From: Adineta vaga
Lineage: Eukaryota > Animalia > Rotifera
Assembly: GCA_021613535.1 (NCBI GenBank)
Contig: CP075495.1
Location: forward strand, 5,580,001 to 5,644,000
Direction of reading: 5' to 3'
Length of the DNA stretch: 64,000 nucleotides
Below the pieces are notes generated by a model that worked only from the letters and a program-made list of their open reading frames with translations, was not told the DNA's origin and did not search any database. The translations under genes and the position numbers were made by a program. Below are positions 41,364-54,779 of the stretch, one piece after another. The first letter of the stretch is position 1. The number at the start of each line of letters is the position of its first letter.

Positions 41364-43960
41364 TAAAAGGTTGTCGGATTAAAACTAAGTAAAAAAATTG
41401 TTGTTTCTCTCTATCTCTATCTCTTTGTATACGCGCTGAAGAGATAGAGAGAGAATGTGTTTAGTAAAAGAACAGGAAACGTACAGCACGACGATAAAGA
41501 CAACGACAATGATCAGATCCGTTTGTAAACAAGCAAAAAGAAGAAAGAGGAAAAAAACCGCTTGAATGTACGTAGTTTACCTCGACTTGATGATTGCGAG
41601 TAAAATACAGGCAACGAGAGAGAAAGGGATATCGATACTCTTCACATTATGTAAACATAAGAACTCCTCCCCGATCTATTAGAAAGGGGCGAGAACAAAC
41701 TAATTAGACGATGGATGAATTAAGAACAAGAAGGTTTCTTTAATACTATTCAAATAAATCTTCTTCTAGAAGACAGTTGAAGAGAAGAATATTGAATTAA
41801 CAAATTTGTTACATTCGATAAATTTCAACAATGAAGTGTTCTTCATGTTATTTTACAAGAGAAAGTCTTTTTTTTCTCGAACTTCTTCTTTTCAATGTCG
41901 ACATGGATTTATATTATAAATAGTAAATAAATACTTTGTCTTATGATTAATTGAACTAAATTTCAATAAATAGAAGAGCTTGAGTGACGTAAATATGAAG
42001 TATATTATCTCATGACAAACGTAATATGTCGATATTGTAATGACGTCCTTTACTTGAGTCAGAGATTGTAATTCTCTTCTATGACATAAAAATTATTTGA
42101 AAAGCCGTTCAATTGCAATGTTTTGAAATAATTTTTTGATAGCGAAAAAGAAAAAGAAATCATAAGTAAACATGTAACTATTTGAAAGATATATTGAGAA
42201 AGATTTCATCCGATCGAATCGTTTAAAATTGATCAAATGTCAATAAATTCATTTGTTTTTTTTCTGGAATAGTCAATATTAACAATCGATCTATCGAAAT
42301 AAAATAAATATTCTTTTTCTATTCATCTTATTAATCAATGGCATATTGTGTTAAAAGTTCTGAATATATTACAAGGTGGAAAAAGCTAGTAAGCATTAGT
42401 ATACATTCAAAACATTTTCTTTTCCTCAATTTCCTTTTCTTTAAACTCTTGTCTCAATTATTGGCATACAAATAAACATATTTCTAAGTCTTGAGAATTT
42501 CATTTTCTACTTTTTCTTCTTCTTCTTCTTCTTCTTTTCTTCGCATAAGCGTTCTTCATTTTCTATACTCACTGGTTGATTCTTTTCTCTTTAACGTCTT
42601 TTTCTTTCATATTCTTGACATTATCCGTATAGATGAATACAAACAGAGATGACATTGTATTTCGATTGATCTACACGATCGAAATAGAAAGATTTTCGCG
42701 ACTTATATGTTCTTTTGTTCTCATTAACTAGTTCGTCGAAGTCTATTGCGATAAAAAAATATGTTAACGAAAAGAAAGAGATAGTCGAGTAAGAGAGACA
42801 AAATATTGTCTCTGACTGATCTATGTTTTAGGAAAGAATGTAGTTTTGACTTAATATCCTGTTGATGTACTTCATTGCAACAAATGACACTATCCAAAAA
42901 GCAACACACGCACACACACAGACAGATAGATTTACGAAGCCAATCAAACGACTGAATAATTGAATTTTTTCTAATTGAATCATTGTGTTATGTGTATGTG
43001 CTGGAATAAAAGCACATCGATAGAAACGACGACGATCAAATCGTAGAATAGACTATTTATCTATCGAACAAGACTATAATGGCATATACATCTGAATGAT
43101 GAACATCAATCAATGTCACAAATTTGTTTGGATTTGTTCATTTTAAATAACAAATATTGTTATTGTTTTTTTCTTCTTCTTTTGATGAGATATATACAAA
43201 TAGATGAAAACCGTGTCATTCGATAGATATACTGTTCAGAAAATTTGTGTCAATTCTTAACGCGTGTAAAAATGTTCATCCTTGAAGGTTTTTTTCTTCT
43301 TGTATGTGCACGTCCTAAACCTTGGTTAGAATACGCATGTTTGCCTCTTCTTTTCTAACTAACTACCGACAATAGAAACTCTCTGTCGACCCTCCCACTT
43401 CGTGTGATGCACACGCAAATATATATATATATATATATATGCGCAAGGAAAGTACGGGAAGAACAAAAAACGTAGCAGTATGATTATTCATTTTTCTCTT
43501 TTTCATTAGTTCTTCGAACTACTTCTACTACGACTCGTCATCACATCAAACGAGCGAACAAGCAAGTCGCTTTTGAACATGCTTGTCTCTTTCACACATT
43601 TGTTGTTATTATGATTATCATTGTTTATAATTGCTTATGGGTATTTCTTTAAGATCACATGGGATTTGTTATCTTTTATGACATAGAAATCGAGCGTACA
43701 TATATTGTAACTGATCAAAGGCATAAGAATTCTTAGGTGAATAATTTTTCTCATGAAGATAAGATTTGTTTTTCTCTTTCTCCTTGATAACATTTTGTTC
43801 CTTCTCTTTTTTCTCTATCTCGTTTTTTACTTTTTTTTTGCATCGTCTATTCTTTCAGATCGATGTCAGATGTGATGTAGATTCCAACGGAATTTGCACT
43901 TCAATAATGATGAGAACCGTCATCATCATCATTCTATTGCACGAAAACTATTCTAATTGA

Positions 43961-46900
43961 ATGTTTGCCTATTTCTGGTCGAAGTTTGATACACAAGATG
44001 CACGAGTACTCAATGATGCAAAGGTAAAATATGTATTATATTTTGAAACCTTTGTTTAAGTACTAAACGATGATCATAATTAACAATTTTCTCTATTATA
44101 ATAGGATTATCTAGAAAGTGAGCTATCGAGACAAGTTAATCATTAAAAATCTAGGGAAAAACAAGAAGCAAATAGTACAACAGGTATTCTATTGCTGTTT
44201 ATAGCTTCATGCTTCCGAAAAACTTCCTGTTTTTAAGTATTTGATATTAGTTAAACTGTATAATGAGACAGATCTCTGATCATCAGTGACATCTGTTAAA
44301 GAGAATAGTTTTGAAAAAAAAAATGAATAATAATAATAATAAATTAAGTAAATGGAAGATGGATCTCTTTTAAAAAGTAGAAGTCGAAAATAAGTCTTTG
44401 ATAATTGACTTTGAAGTCATTTTTTTATTAGTTAAATAATTGAAACTGTCAGATTGATGATTCATTCATCATTTTCAAACATAACTCATATCATTCATAT
44501 AAACTTGATTAAAAACATTGATTATTGTCAATTTATAAATTAGAATATCAATGAATCTTGCCGATAATTTAGCATCATTGCGTGCTGTAAGTATTTATTT
44601 CTATAGTAATTAATTACTCTCTTGATTATTACATGTTGTTATTTCTCTCTCCATTTCTTACCATATTTCTTTACTTGTCAAATAAAGTAAATCATTTTTT
44701 GTTGCCTGTTACAACATTAAGTTCTTCGCTTTTCTATTCTTCTATCTTTCCATCTCTCTCTCGCTCTCTGTCTCTGTCTGGCTACATTTATATATATATA
44801 TATCATTATCATCATCCTCTTGTGTTTCTTTTTTCTCTCCCTATTCCTCGTAGTAATGAGTAAATGTAACAAGCGCAAATCTCTGTTTGTCTCTTCTGAG
44901 CTCGCACACAAACACATGATGGAGAAAATACACTTGCCGTAGCTCAAAATCGACGAAGTCTATCTTTTCTTTTCTTTTCCTTTTTCCTTTTCTGCTTAGT
45001 TTCTTATAGTGAGCGTTAACATTGTCTTGCCGTGTATTTTAGCTGAACACATGCAGGAGCGAGTAAGAATACGGCAGAGTTCAAATCAAATGCGCTGTGC
45101 ATTAGGCCATGCGAAGATACTACTAATGAGAAAAGAGCAGTGAAAGAAAAAGAAGAAGAAGAAGAAGAAGAAAACGACGACAACGGCGACATAACGTAGC
45201 TGGAAAAATCGATCAGAGTAGAATCACGAAGAGGGAGACAATTTTCTTCTTTTATCACCAAACAAATACATTTAACGTCTATCGTTTATGATAATCGATA
45301 CCGTTCCATCGATGAATCGTCAGTTATTTCATGAAGTTTTCAAACAAATTTCTTCAAGAATTGATCAATTAAAACAAATTCCTTCATCTACTGCTCATCT
45401 TCAGGTAAAAAATACACAAACATTCAGCTCAAAGTTGTCTTCGATGGTTCTAATCTGTCACGAAAAGAATCATTTGCATTCGAAATATGTATCTAATTTG
45501 TTTACTCAAGGGATAAAGACGAAGAAATAAGAATAAGAAAAGAGTTTCTCTTCATAGCTTTCACATAGGAAAAAAAGAATCAAGGCAAATCCTCACATGT
45601 TACACCCGAATGCCTACAAGTTAACATAAATTATGTTAGTTTTCTTGTTTCTTCTTCTTTCTCAGCAGATTTGCAAAACAAGGAAAAAGTATTTAGTTTG
45701 CGGATATTGCACTAATGGAAAAAGACCAGAACTATATATAAATCTATTCTATAAGAATTATCGAATAGATGAAATAGTTTTGCTAGTAATGATTTGTATG
45801 TATTAGAGCTTTTCTTTTCTATTTATATGAGCATGACGAGAAAAAGAAATCTTCAAGTCAATAGAATGTAATCGTATTAGACGTCTCCGTTCTCATGAGG
45901 TTACTTGTCGTATAAAAATATTAAATCGTTCTTTTTTCTTCGAAAGAATTTCGTGATGAGGACGGTAAGAAGAAGAGATAAATGATAATTTCAATCGCTT
46001 ATATTAATTGAAATCTGTTATTTTTACAGGTGGAGAACGTTCGTTTGACAGATCGTTTCAATGTTCGACAACAAATAATTGGTAGATATAATAATTTTCT
46101 TTTGTTCTATTTTGATTGATTTTTTTTGTCTTATTCTTTTTCCAATCAAGGCACAATCTATTTGACTGCAACACATCTGATATTTATTGATCCAGAAGGA
46201 AAACGAGAAACATGGGTAAAAATAAAATAAAAACTTCAATAGAGAAATAAATTCGCTTGATTACTTTATTTAGATTCTTCATTCGTTAATATCATCGGTT
46301 GATAAATTACCAACGACACAACAAGGATGTCCTCTACGTGTTCGAACAAAACATTTCCTTTCCGCTGAATTTACTATTCCAAGAGAACGTGATTGTGCTG
46401 ATTTATATGCAACACTTAACCAACTAAAACCAGGTAATACAAAAGAAAAAATTGCATAGTAAGAAAAAAATAACTTTTCCTTTGTTAGATTCCTATGAAA
46501 AGCTCTATTGTTTTCTGTATAAAGCTCCAAATTATTTGGAGAAAATTTGGGATCCTTTTCTCTTATCAACAGAATATATGAGAATGGGTGTCCCAAATCA
46601 AGAATGGAAAATTGAAGATGGAAATAGCAATTTTGATCTATGTGATACATATCCACCGTTAATTTATGTACCAGCAATAACAACAAAGGCTATGTTAATT
46701 GGAAGTTCAAAATTTCGAAGTCGAGGTCGTTTACCTGTTCTCACTTATTTACATTCAAATGGAGTAAGTTGAAGATAAACAGAAAAACATATGATTGTTT
46801 GTTTTCTATGAACTTTTAGGCATCAATAACACGTTGTTCTCAACCCTTATCTGGTTTTAGTGCACGTTGTCAAGAAGATGAATATCTTTTACAATGTATA

Positions 46901-49290
46901 TTGAAAACAAATTCGCATTCAAATACAATGTATATTATCGATACACGACCACGGGTAAGTCGAATGTAAAAATAGAATTTATCTAGCTTTATAATGAGAT
47001 AAAATGAAAACTAAAGTAGTCTGATAAGAGAATCATGAGTCGGATGAAAAGACGCGTGACATAGAAAGAATCTTCCTTCCTGAACGACTCTGATCTCATT
47101 ATCTAAATTAAGATTGTGCGATATAGAATTCATTTTTTTAGCTTATACTGATTTGTTTGTTATAGATCAATGCTGTAGCAAATCGTGCAGCTGGAAAAGG
47201 TTATGAAAATGAAGATTATTATTCGAATATTCAATTTAAATTTTGTCCAATTGAAAATATTCATGTTATGCGAAGTAGTTTACAAAAATTGCTTGACAGT
47301 TAGTTGAAAAAGAAATTCTTCTTCTAAATAAACAATTTTGATTTTGTTTAGCTTGTGAAATGAAAAATCCAACAATGAATCAATATTTAAGTGCTTTAGA
47401 TAATTCATCATGGTTACAGCATATAAAAGCTGTTTTAGATGCTGCTATTTTCATTACACGTGTAAGTTAAATCTATAAATAAGAACATATTCACGCATGA
47501 TATCTTTCTCACTCTTATGCACTACTGATTTGAGTTGTTTTTTTTTCAATAAGTAGAGATAAATAAATATTTTTATTATTAATTTTTTTAAGGCTATTCA
47601 CATTGAAAAGAAAAATGTTCTAATTCACTGTTCAGATGGTTGGGATCGAACAGCACAATGCTGTTCATTAGCATCTCTTCTTCTCTCTCCATATTATCGA
47701 TCAATTCATGGTTTTCGAGTAAAATTTTGTTAATCTTTCAAAAATAGAATCTCTTTTCAAATCGGTAAATCTAGATCTTGATTGAAAAAGAATGGCTTGC
47801 ATTTGGACATAAGTTTTCTGATCGTTGTGGTCATACAACAACCAGTGATAATAAAGAACAATCATCTGTTTTTCTTCAGGTTTGACTATTCTATGAATAT
47901 GTTTATCGAAGCAAATGTCTGTCGTTTTAGTTTATTGAAGCAGTATGGCAATTAAGTCAAATTTATCCGACAGCATTTGAATTCAATGAACGATTTCTTC
48001 TCTTATTGCATGATCATTCTCATTCATGTCAATATGGAAATTTTATTGGTAACTGTGAAAAAGATCGATTAGATCTATGGTTTGTTTTAGAACGAAACAA
48101 AAGATTATCTTTTCTAAAATATTTTTTTTTATAATTCAGTGTCAAAGAACGAACATATTCATTTTGGAATTTTATTCTACAAAATGTAAATGACTTTCAA
48201 AATCCGCTGTTTCGTCCACAATCAAATTATGCCAATGAAGTACTTTTGCCAACGATCAATTCTCAAACATTAAAGTATATTATCCAAAATAGATAATTTT
48301 TAATCAAGATGTTTAAAAAAAATCATTTTCATCTTTAGATTTTGGTTAAATATGTATCATCGTTTTGATAGTGCATTATTACCGAAAGAAAATATTTCTA
48401 ACACATTGGCACGTCTTGTTGATCATACCACATCATTGAGTGATCATGCACGATTATTAGAAAAGGTATTGTTTTAAAATTTTATAATTAAATACATTTA
48501 CTCTTTCGTATATAATATATTAGCGTATTCGTGAACTTCAATCAACATTTGATAATGATCAAATAACCTTGAGTAGTAGTGCAACAACAACATCAAATGA
48601 AGATGTTGAAGATTCCGATATTGAAAAGGGTAATCAATCAAATAAAATTTGTCTTCCTGAATTTGATAGTGGTTTGAGTGACGTTGATCTTTGTCACACG
48701 CAAATAAATGATTCTATTCCATTGAAATTAAATACAATTCTTCAACCTCCACCACCTTCTTTTTCCGACGTTGAAAGTGGCTTTAGTGGTGATTATTCTC
48801 CACGTGGAAAAACTCCACTAACATCATTTATCCTTCCACATCAATCAAGTTTAGATATCAATGATATTCCAACCTTAGAACGTATTGCACTTGAATTAAA
48901 TTCCATTGCACTCGATTGGCGTTCATACAATGCACCTGTTCATTGTGCATGTTCATTACCATTCGATTCGGCGCAGCGAAAAGTAAGACAAAATTAGAAA
49001 CAATATTTTTATACGTTTATAATTATATCTTGTCTTTTTAGTATAATTGTTGGCGATGTGGAGAAAACTTTTGTACTCGTTGTATTGAACGAAGTATTCA
49101 TCTACCTGGTCTTTATAGTAATAATTTGGCACCAGTGTGTAGAATATGTGCACGTTCCATTAAATCTTCACCGTCATTTGCTGATTTTTCTGCATTAGTA
49201 AAATCTAAATCAACCGATTTTATTCGTAATCAAACAGCCATGAAATTATCTCGATCAATGGTTGATCAATTTAATCCATCCCGGCTATGA
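43961..49290 (+). CDS. Myotubularin-related phosphoinositide phosphatase, MTMR6/7/8 class, with C-terminal FYVE-like finger
   Basis: Common exons start at 46030 ([16 protein letters not shown]). Motifs [36 protein letters not shown], active site [35 protein letters not shown]. Cys-rich C-terminus, stop at 49290. Alternative first exons at 43961, 44551 and 45288. Confidence 0.92.
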
Positions 49291-50049
49291 GAATATGTTG
49301 TGTTTCTTCTTCTCTTTTTGTTCTTTCTATCTCATGCATACTATTCAGGTCAGATGACGAAAGACAATAATAAACGAGAGACAAGAAAGATCTGTATGTT
49401 TATAGAAATTATTTTTGTTCATTCCTGTTCGTTTTCTGAGATAAAACAAAGACAAAATATCTTTGTTCAAGGCATTTTTCTTTCTGTTTTATTTTAACTC
49501 TCGTTACTGTTTATTTTTGTATTCACATGTTTATGATTATTCTTATTTTGAAACAGAATTCATTAAAATTATATCGATTTAATTAAACGAAAAATGACAT
49601 TATCAACTTTAGTAAATGATAACATAAAACTCGTGTCAATTGAACTTGGTCTTCTTCAAAGAGAATTTATATTCAAATATTGATTTTATCAAGTGTGAGA
49701 TCAGGATATATCTTTCAAGGAGATCCTAGTTTCACTATATAATTAACTGAGCATAAGAAAGAAACATCTTTGTCATATGAAATATGACGCATGTAACAAA
49801 ATGTAAATATCTTTTATAGAATTCTTTGTTTTTATTTTGTCATATAATGCATCTATGAAAAAAGATTCTACTATGGATATTTAATTTATCCATGTATTAA
49901 TTGACTAAAAACCCCTCGTGCTCTTAATGAAAATCACATCATATTAAATTATGAGAAGAAAAAAAATTATTTTAAAAAGAAAAACGAAAGAAGAGAATAA
50001 TTTTGTCTGTTCATTTGAAAAAAAAGAAACGAAAATAGGATGTCAATCA

Positions 50050-52520
50050 TCAGTAAATATCATCTTCATGAGGTCGATTTGGACTATTATTTGGTGAACG
50101 ATATTCTTGTAATGGACGACGAGATGTTTTAAATTGTGAACTTTGATGAAGTCCACTTGTTGGACTTGTGATAGGTGAAACTGAACCTGTAGAAAGAACA
50201 CGATCTGGTCTATGAGCTGGTGTACTAGATGAACGTGAAACATTGGTCAATTGATCAACATTTGATGCCGGTCGAGCATCACGTAAAAGATGTTGAATCG
50301 ATGATGGTACATGTTCTGATATATCACGGCAAGAATGATGATCATAACGACTTGCATGTGATGAACTTTCATGGCTACAATTACTGTAATCATTTAAAAC
50401 ACGTCTCAGTTGTTCACTTGGTGGAGGTAAATCTTCAATACGTTCAACAAGACGTACATCACCACAATTCGATTGAGCATTATTCCTTAGATATTCACAA
50501 GGATCAACGCGAAATACACCTTCTTCAATTACACGACGAACTGTATATGCTTTCAATGGTTCGTATTCAATGAGTACATTACGTACTGGTTTAATCGGTT
50601 CAGGTGTTGGAGCTTTTTGTAATAGAACAGGACGTTTAACTTTTTTGTAAGGTAACCATTTTTCAAAGATTACAGTACGAGGTTTGGGTGGTGGTGTTGG
50701 TAAACGTTCAATAATGATTTGACGTGGCTGTGGAGGAGGTGGAGGAAGACATTTTTCAATAACATGTGGTCTAATCAAAGAAAAGAACAGACATTTGAAA
50801 GTATCATTTTTTACTTCTTTTTGTTTACTCGAGTCGTGCAGGTGGTGATGGAGGTCGTTCACGGATAGTTAATGGTGGTGGCGTACGAGCTTCAGGTTTT
50901 CGTTCACGAATAAGCAATGGCTATTGAAGAGAAAATGAATCAACCAGAGAGCAAGAGACAAAAAAAAACAAATCAATACCGATTGAGGTGGTTTTGGTGG
51001 GATATGTTTTTCACGGATAATAATTGGGGCTGGTGGCGGTGGAGTAGGTGGTTGTAAGTAACGAATACGAATCTCCTTTTTATAGCAAACTTTCTGTGAA
51101 CTTGGTTTGACTACTTTAATAGGTGGATTTTCACATGAATTGATTTGACGTAAATAATGTTCAGCTGAGATAGATGAATCATGAGGATAAGAATTACAAG
51201 GGGGTGGTGGTGGTGTTCGTCGTAAATAAGAATGACTCATATTGTCTATTGGAGGTGAAGTTGTATTTTGAGTATTGGATGCTGATTGATTGAGGAGAAA
51301 TGCGGGTAGTGTTGAACTTGGTTGCGATGCTATAGGTGGTGAATTTTGTTGCGGATTGTTATTTATATTGTTTAACGGTGGTGGTGGTGGTGGTGGAGGT
51401 GCTGGAGGATTTTCAACGTATGAAATTGGTCGAGCTGATGTAAAGATTGAATGAGATTGAGATTGCAATGATTGTTGATGATTGGTTCTTTGTTGTGATG
51501 GATAGGTCTGAAAAGCTGAAGGATGATTTGATGTTGATGTCTGTGTAATATTATTTTCGAGTGGTGGAGTGAATATATAATCACTCGGATTCAAACCAAC
51601 TTCTGAAAGAACACGATGAATTTCAGTATGATTTCCTGTACTAGTCGCAGTAGTTTCTTGGTCTCGTCTGTCTGCAACTTTGTTAAATTCACGAATCCTA
51701 TGAATAATAATAAAAGCAGAGCAAATTATCAATATGATTGTACAAATAGTATGTTAGTGAGCCAATGAATGAAGACAAAAAGCATCGAATATATGAATCT
51801 AAAATATTGTTTGTAGTTTTACGGACAGAGAAGAACGAGACAAACATTGGCAATAACAGTGAGAAGAGACAAAATCATTCTAGCGGAACTATATCAAGTA
51901 ACATAGTGACAAGGACATGTATATGTATATATATATAAATATATTATATTGCTATGTTGTGTTCATATGTATTCTTGAACAGATCATTGATGAATTCGAA
52001 TACGTTCTTATTGTTCCCTTCTATTGAGATTATCTATCTTCCTTTCTTTTGATATAAATCTTAATATTCTGGTCAAACATTTTAAATATATATTTTGCCT
52101 AATAAAATAATAAGTAAACGAATAAATATGAACGGTCGTCCTTGTCGAGAAAAAAAGAAAGCAGCAATCCTTGTAGTTAATTATGATGATTATGATTTGT
52201 TATACATTTATATTGATATATAAGGTAAAGGTATATGTGAAAGAAAGAAAAAGAAAGTTTTGTGAAGGACTAAATAGTCTAATCTATATTCTCGACAGTA
52301 TTACAAGTTAGACGAATATTTCATGATAATACAATAATCATAATAGAAGTCTCATATCAAAGAAAAACATAAAGACATTTTCAAAATGATCATTCATCTA
52401 TTGTACTATAGTTATAAATATTAAGATAATAATGATTACTGTTTTGATACATACTACCGTTCATCATTCGATCATCTATAATAATAATACGAAATAAAAT
52501 TCTTCAACTTACGTGGCCAT
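50050..52520 (-). CDS. Proline-rich repeat protein (PPxP..[ILV]3-[ER] units), uncharacterised
   Basis: Exons 52520-52513 (ATGGCCAC|GTAAGT), 51697-50980, 50920-~50829 and 50770-50050 splice in frame. Units: RYLQPPTPPPPAPIIIRE, PLLIRE, TPPPLTIRE, PRQIIIERLP, PKPRTVIFEKWLPY. Confidence 0.8.
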
Positions 52521-53054
52521 AATTTTTGTTCAAATGATATACAACAATCACTGATAACAAGAATGAATAATCGACCTAATTTATATGTTCCGTTTCTTCT
52601 TCTTCTTCTATCTGCGACTATTCTATTCACACATCAACTACAAAAAGTCATAGTTCAAGTATATTTTTGTGCTCAACAAAATGCTCTCATTTGTCTTATA
52701 TACGTTTTTTTTCTTGAGAAAAAAAGTCATACAAGTAGAGCATTGATGCATAACCGGCAATGTCGTTTCACAGGGTTCAATTTGTCCAAGGAATAGATAT
52801 ACAAGAAAAACGAGTATTACTGGATTTAATCATATAGAATCGCATCATTCTTTCTCTTATCAATCGTCCTTCAAATTGAAATATGACCTTCGCGCCTGAT
52901 CAGCAACGCTCGTGCGTCAATTTTATAGTTATTGTCTTCATAGATTCAATGTTTTAATAGTATTTTTCTGTTCGAAAATTTGAATTTATTAGATACAAGT
53001 TTTCAGTTTTAGTTTATTTAGAAAAAGCAAAAGCTGATAAAATATGACGAGTTT

Positions 53055-53321
53055 TTACATATCAGCTTCGGTCCATTCTCGAACAACATACCATTGATCT
53101 TGATTTGATTCAGATTCATTATTTTCATTCTCAATCGGTCGAACTTGTTCTTGCCATTTGGTAATAATTCGATTACCTAATGGAATTCTCACAGCCGCAT
53201 AATGTGTCGGAAGTGTTGATGATGGACGATCGAGTTTATAAGTTATCGGATATGATGTTTGACTTACCATCACGACTCGCCATTCTGATAGCATAACTCG
53301 GCGTTCAGTTTCTAAGGACAT
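53055..53321 (-). CDS. Orphan microprotein (88 aa)
   Basis: Single coding exon MSLETERRVMLSEWRVV...QWYVVREWTEADM*. Balanced, non-AT-drift composition in otherwise noncoding DNA, with an upstream acceptor-like TTGCTTAG. Confidence 0.55.
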   Translation of the reverse strand: MSLETERRVMLSEWRVVMVSQTSYPITYKLDRPSSTLPTHYAAVRIPLGNRIITKWQEQVRPIENENNESESNQDQWYVVREWTEADM

Positions 53322-54143
53322 GATCCAATTTTTTTTCTGCGTCAATAACTAAGCAATTCGATAAATGAAATTGTTAGCTCTTTTCGTCTGAAGACAAATA
53401 CACTGTGTCGAATTGAATTCAAAAAAAAAGAAAGAAGAAAAGAGAACTAAAAGAGAAGTATTTTTGTATGTGACATTGAAACAAATAGTACCAAACCTTG
53501 TCGAAGTAAAATGTTAAGTGATTATTTACAATCAGTAATATAATATCATGAATTGAGAACGTTTATAAAAAGAAAAAGAGAAGGAATAACATGCGAGACT
53601 AGATATGTCGTTTGATACAACCTTGAATTTTAAGCTTATAATTAACTAAAAAAATGCATGAAATGAATGAATATGAGTTAGATTTTCGTTTTCGAAATCT
53701 TGTTTTCTAATGGTTAACAATTGAATTATCTTTTGATCTAATTATGATGACAAGATCGAGTCAATAGCTAAATCAAATATTTGATTAATCATGCCTAGTT
53801 CTATTTGAAGCAACGAGAAATACAAAAATGTGTTGACAAATTAATCACAGGCGGAGACAAAGATAAATACATAAACGGCATCTAAATAGAAAATATTCAT
53901 TATATCGTGGGAGAAGAAATTCATCAATGATTCTTGAATTGATTCGATATTTTGAGAGCTATTTTTATAAATGATAAATAAAAAGATTTTCCTTGCAATT
54001 TTATAACTAGATTTTATTTATATCTTAAGAGAATAATATCGTAACTAGATATCTCATGCATTTTCGTGTATAACAATTATATACAAATATGTATATTCAT
54101 TTTCAAGCATCTAACTGTACGAATTGATTGAAGTTTTTAAGAT

Positions 54144-54779
54144 TTATTCTTCATAGTGAGGATATTGTTGTTGTCTATGTGTTGTACCAAAATCATAGCC
54201 AGTTAATTTTCGAACCATTTTTTTAATATCTTCCAATAATTGTTGAAAATATTTACGAAAATCTTGAACATATTTGTAATCACCATTGTATTCATTAGTA
54301 TTTTCTTCATGATCATCATTTTCGATAATGACAACTTTTGTTGGACGAGTTGTTGTTGTTGTTGTAGGTTGTGCCTAAATGATAAATAAATGAATAAGAA
54401 ACTATGAAGAATCTTTTTTTCTTATGATTTACTTGACTTGATCGACGTGTTGGTATTATATTGCGATTTCGTGTTGGAAATGCGAAGGGTGAACGACGAG
54501 TTGTCGTTGTTTTTTCAGTTTCGTCAACTTCATCTTCATCACCTTCCTCATGTCCGTCATTATGCGTTTTAATTTCTTCATGTGGTACACTATTATTATC
54601 ATCATCATCATCATCATCGTAGTGTGGTAAAATCAATTTTCGACTTGTTGTTGACTATAATTTCAATGAAATGAACGTAAATAATTTCAAAAAAATAAAT
54701 CATTGAATGAATTTACCGTTGGAGCTGATCGAGCCATACAAACAAGTGCTAAGAAAGCTAAGACGAGTAAGAGTTTCAT
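54144..54779 (-). CDS. Small secreted acidic/Thr-rich protein with a C-terminal amphipathic helix
   Basis: Exons 54779-54717 (signal peptide MKLLLVLAFLALVCMARSAP), 54654-~54433 and 54375-54144, all phase 0. Confidence 0.8.

Noticed and set aside
41220-43950. Upstream myosin-motor exons for chitin synthase (as in some molluscs)
   Set aside because: No coding-like sequence or myosin motifs; the region looks like divergent promoter/UTR DNA with microsatellites.
47027-47097. C/D-box snoRNA reading of the myotubularin intron hairpin
   Set aside because: CTGA is present, but the candidate C box is ATCATGA and lacks the G needed for the kink-turn.
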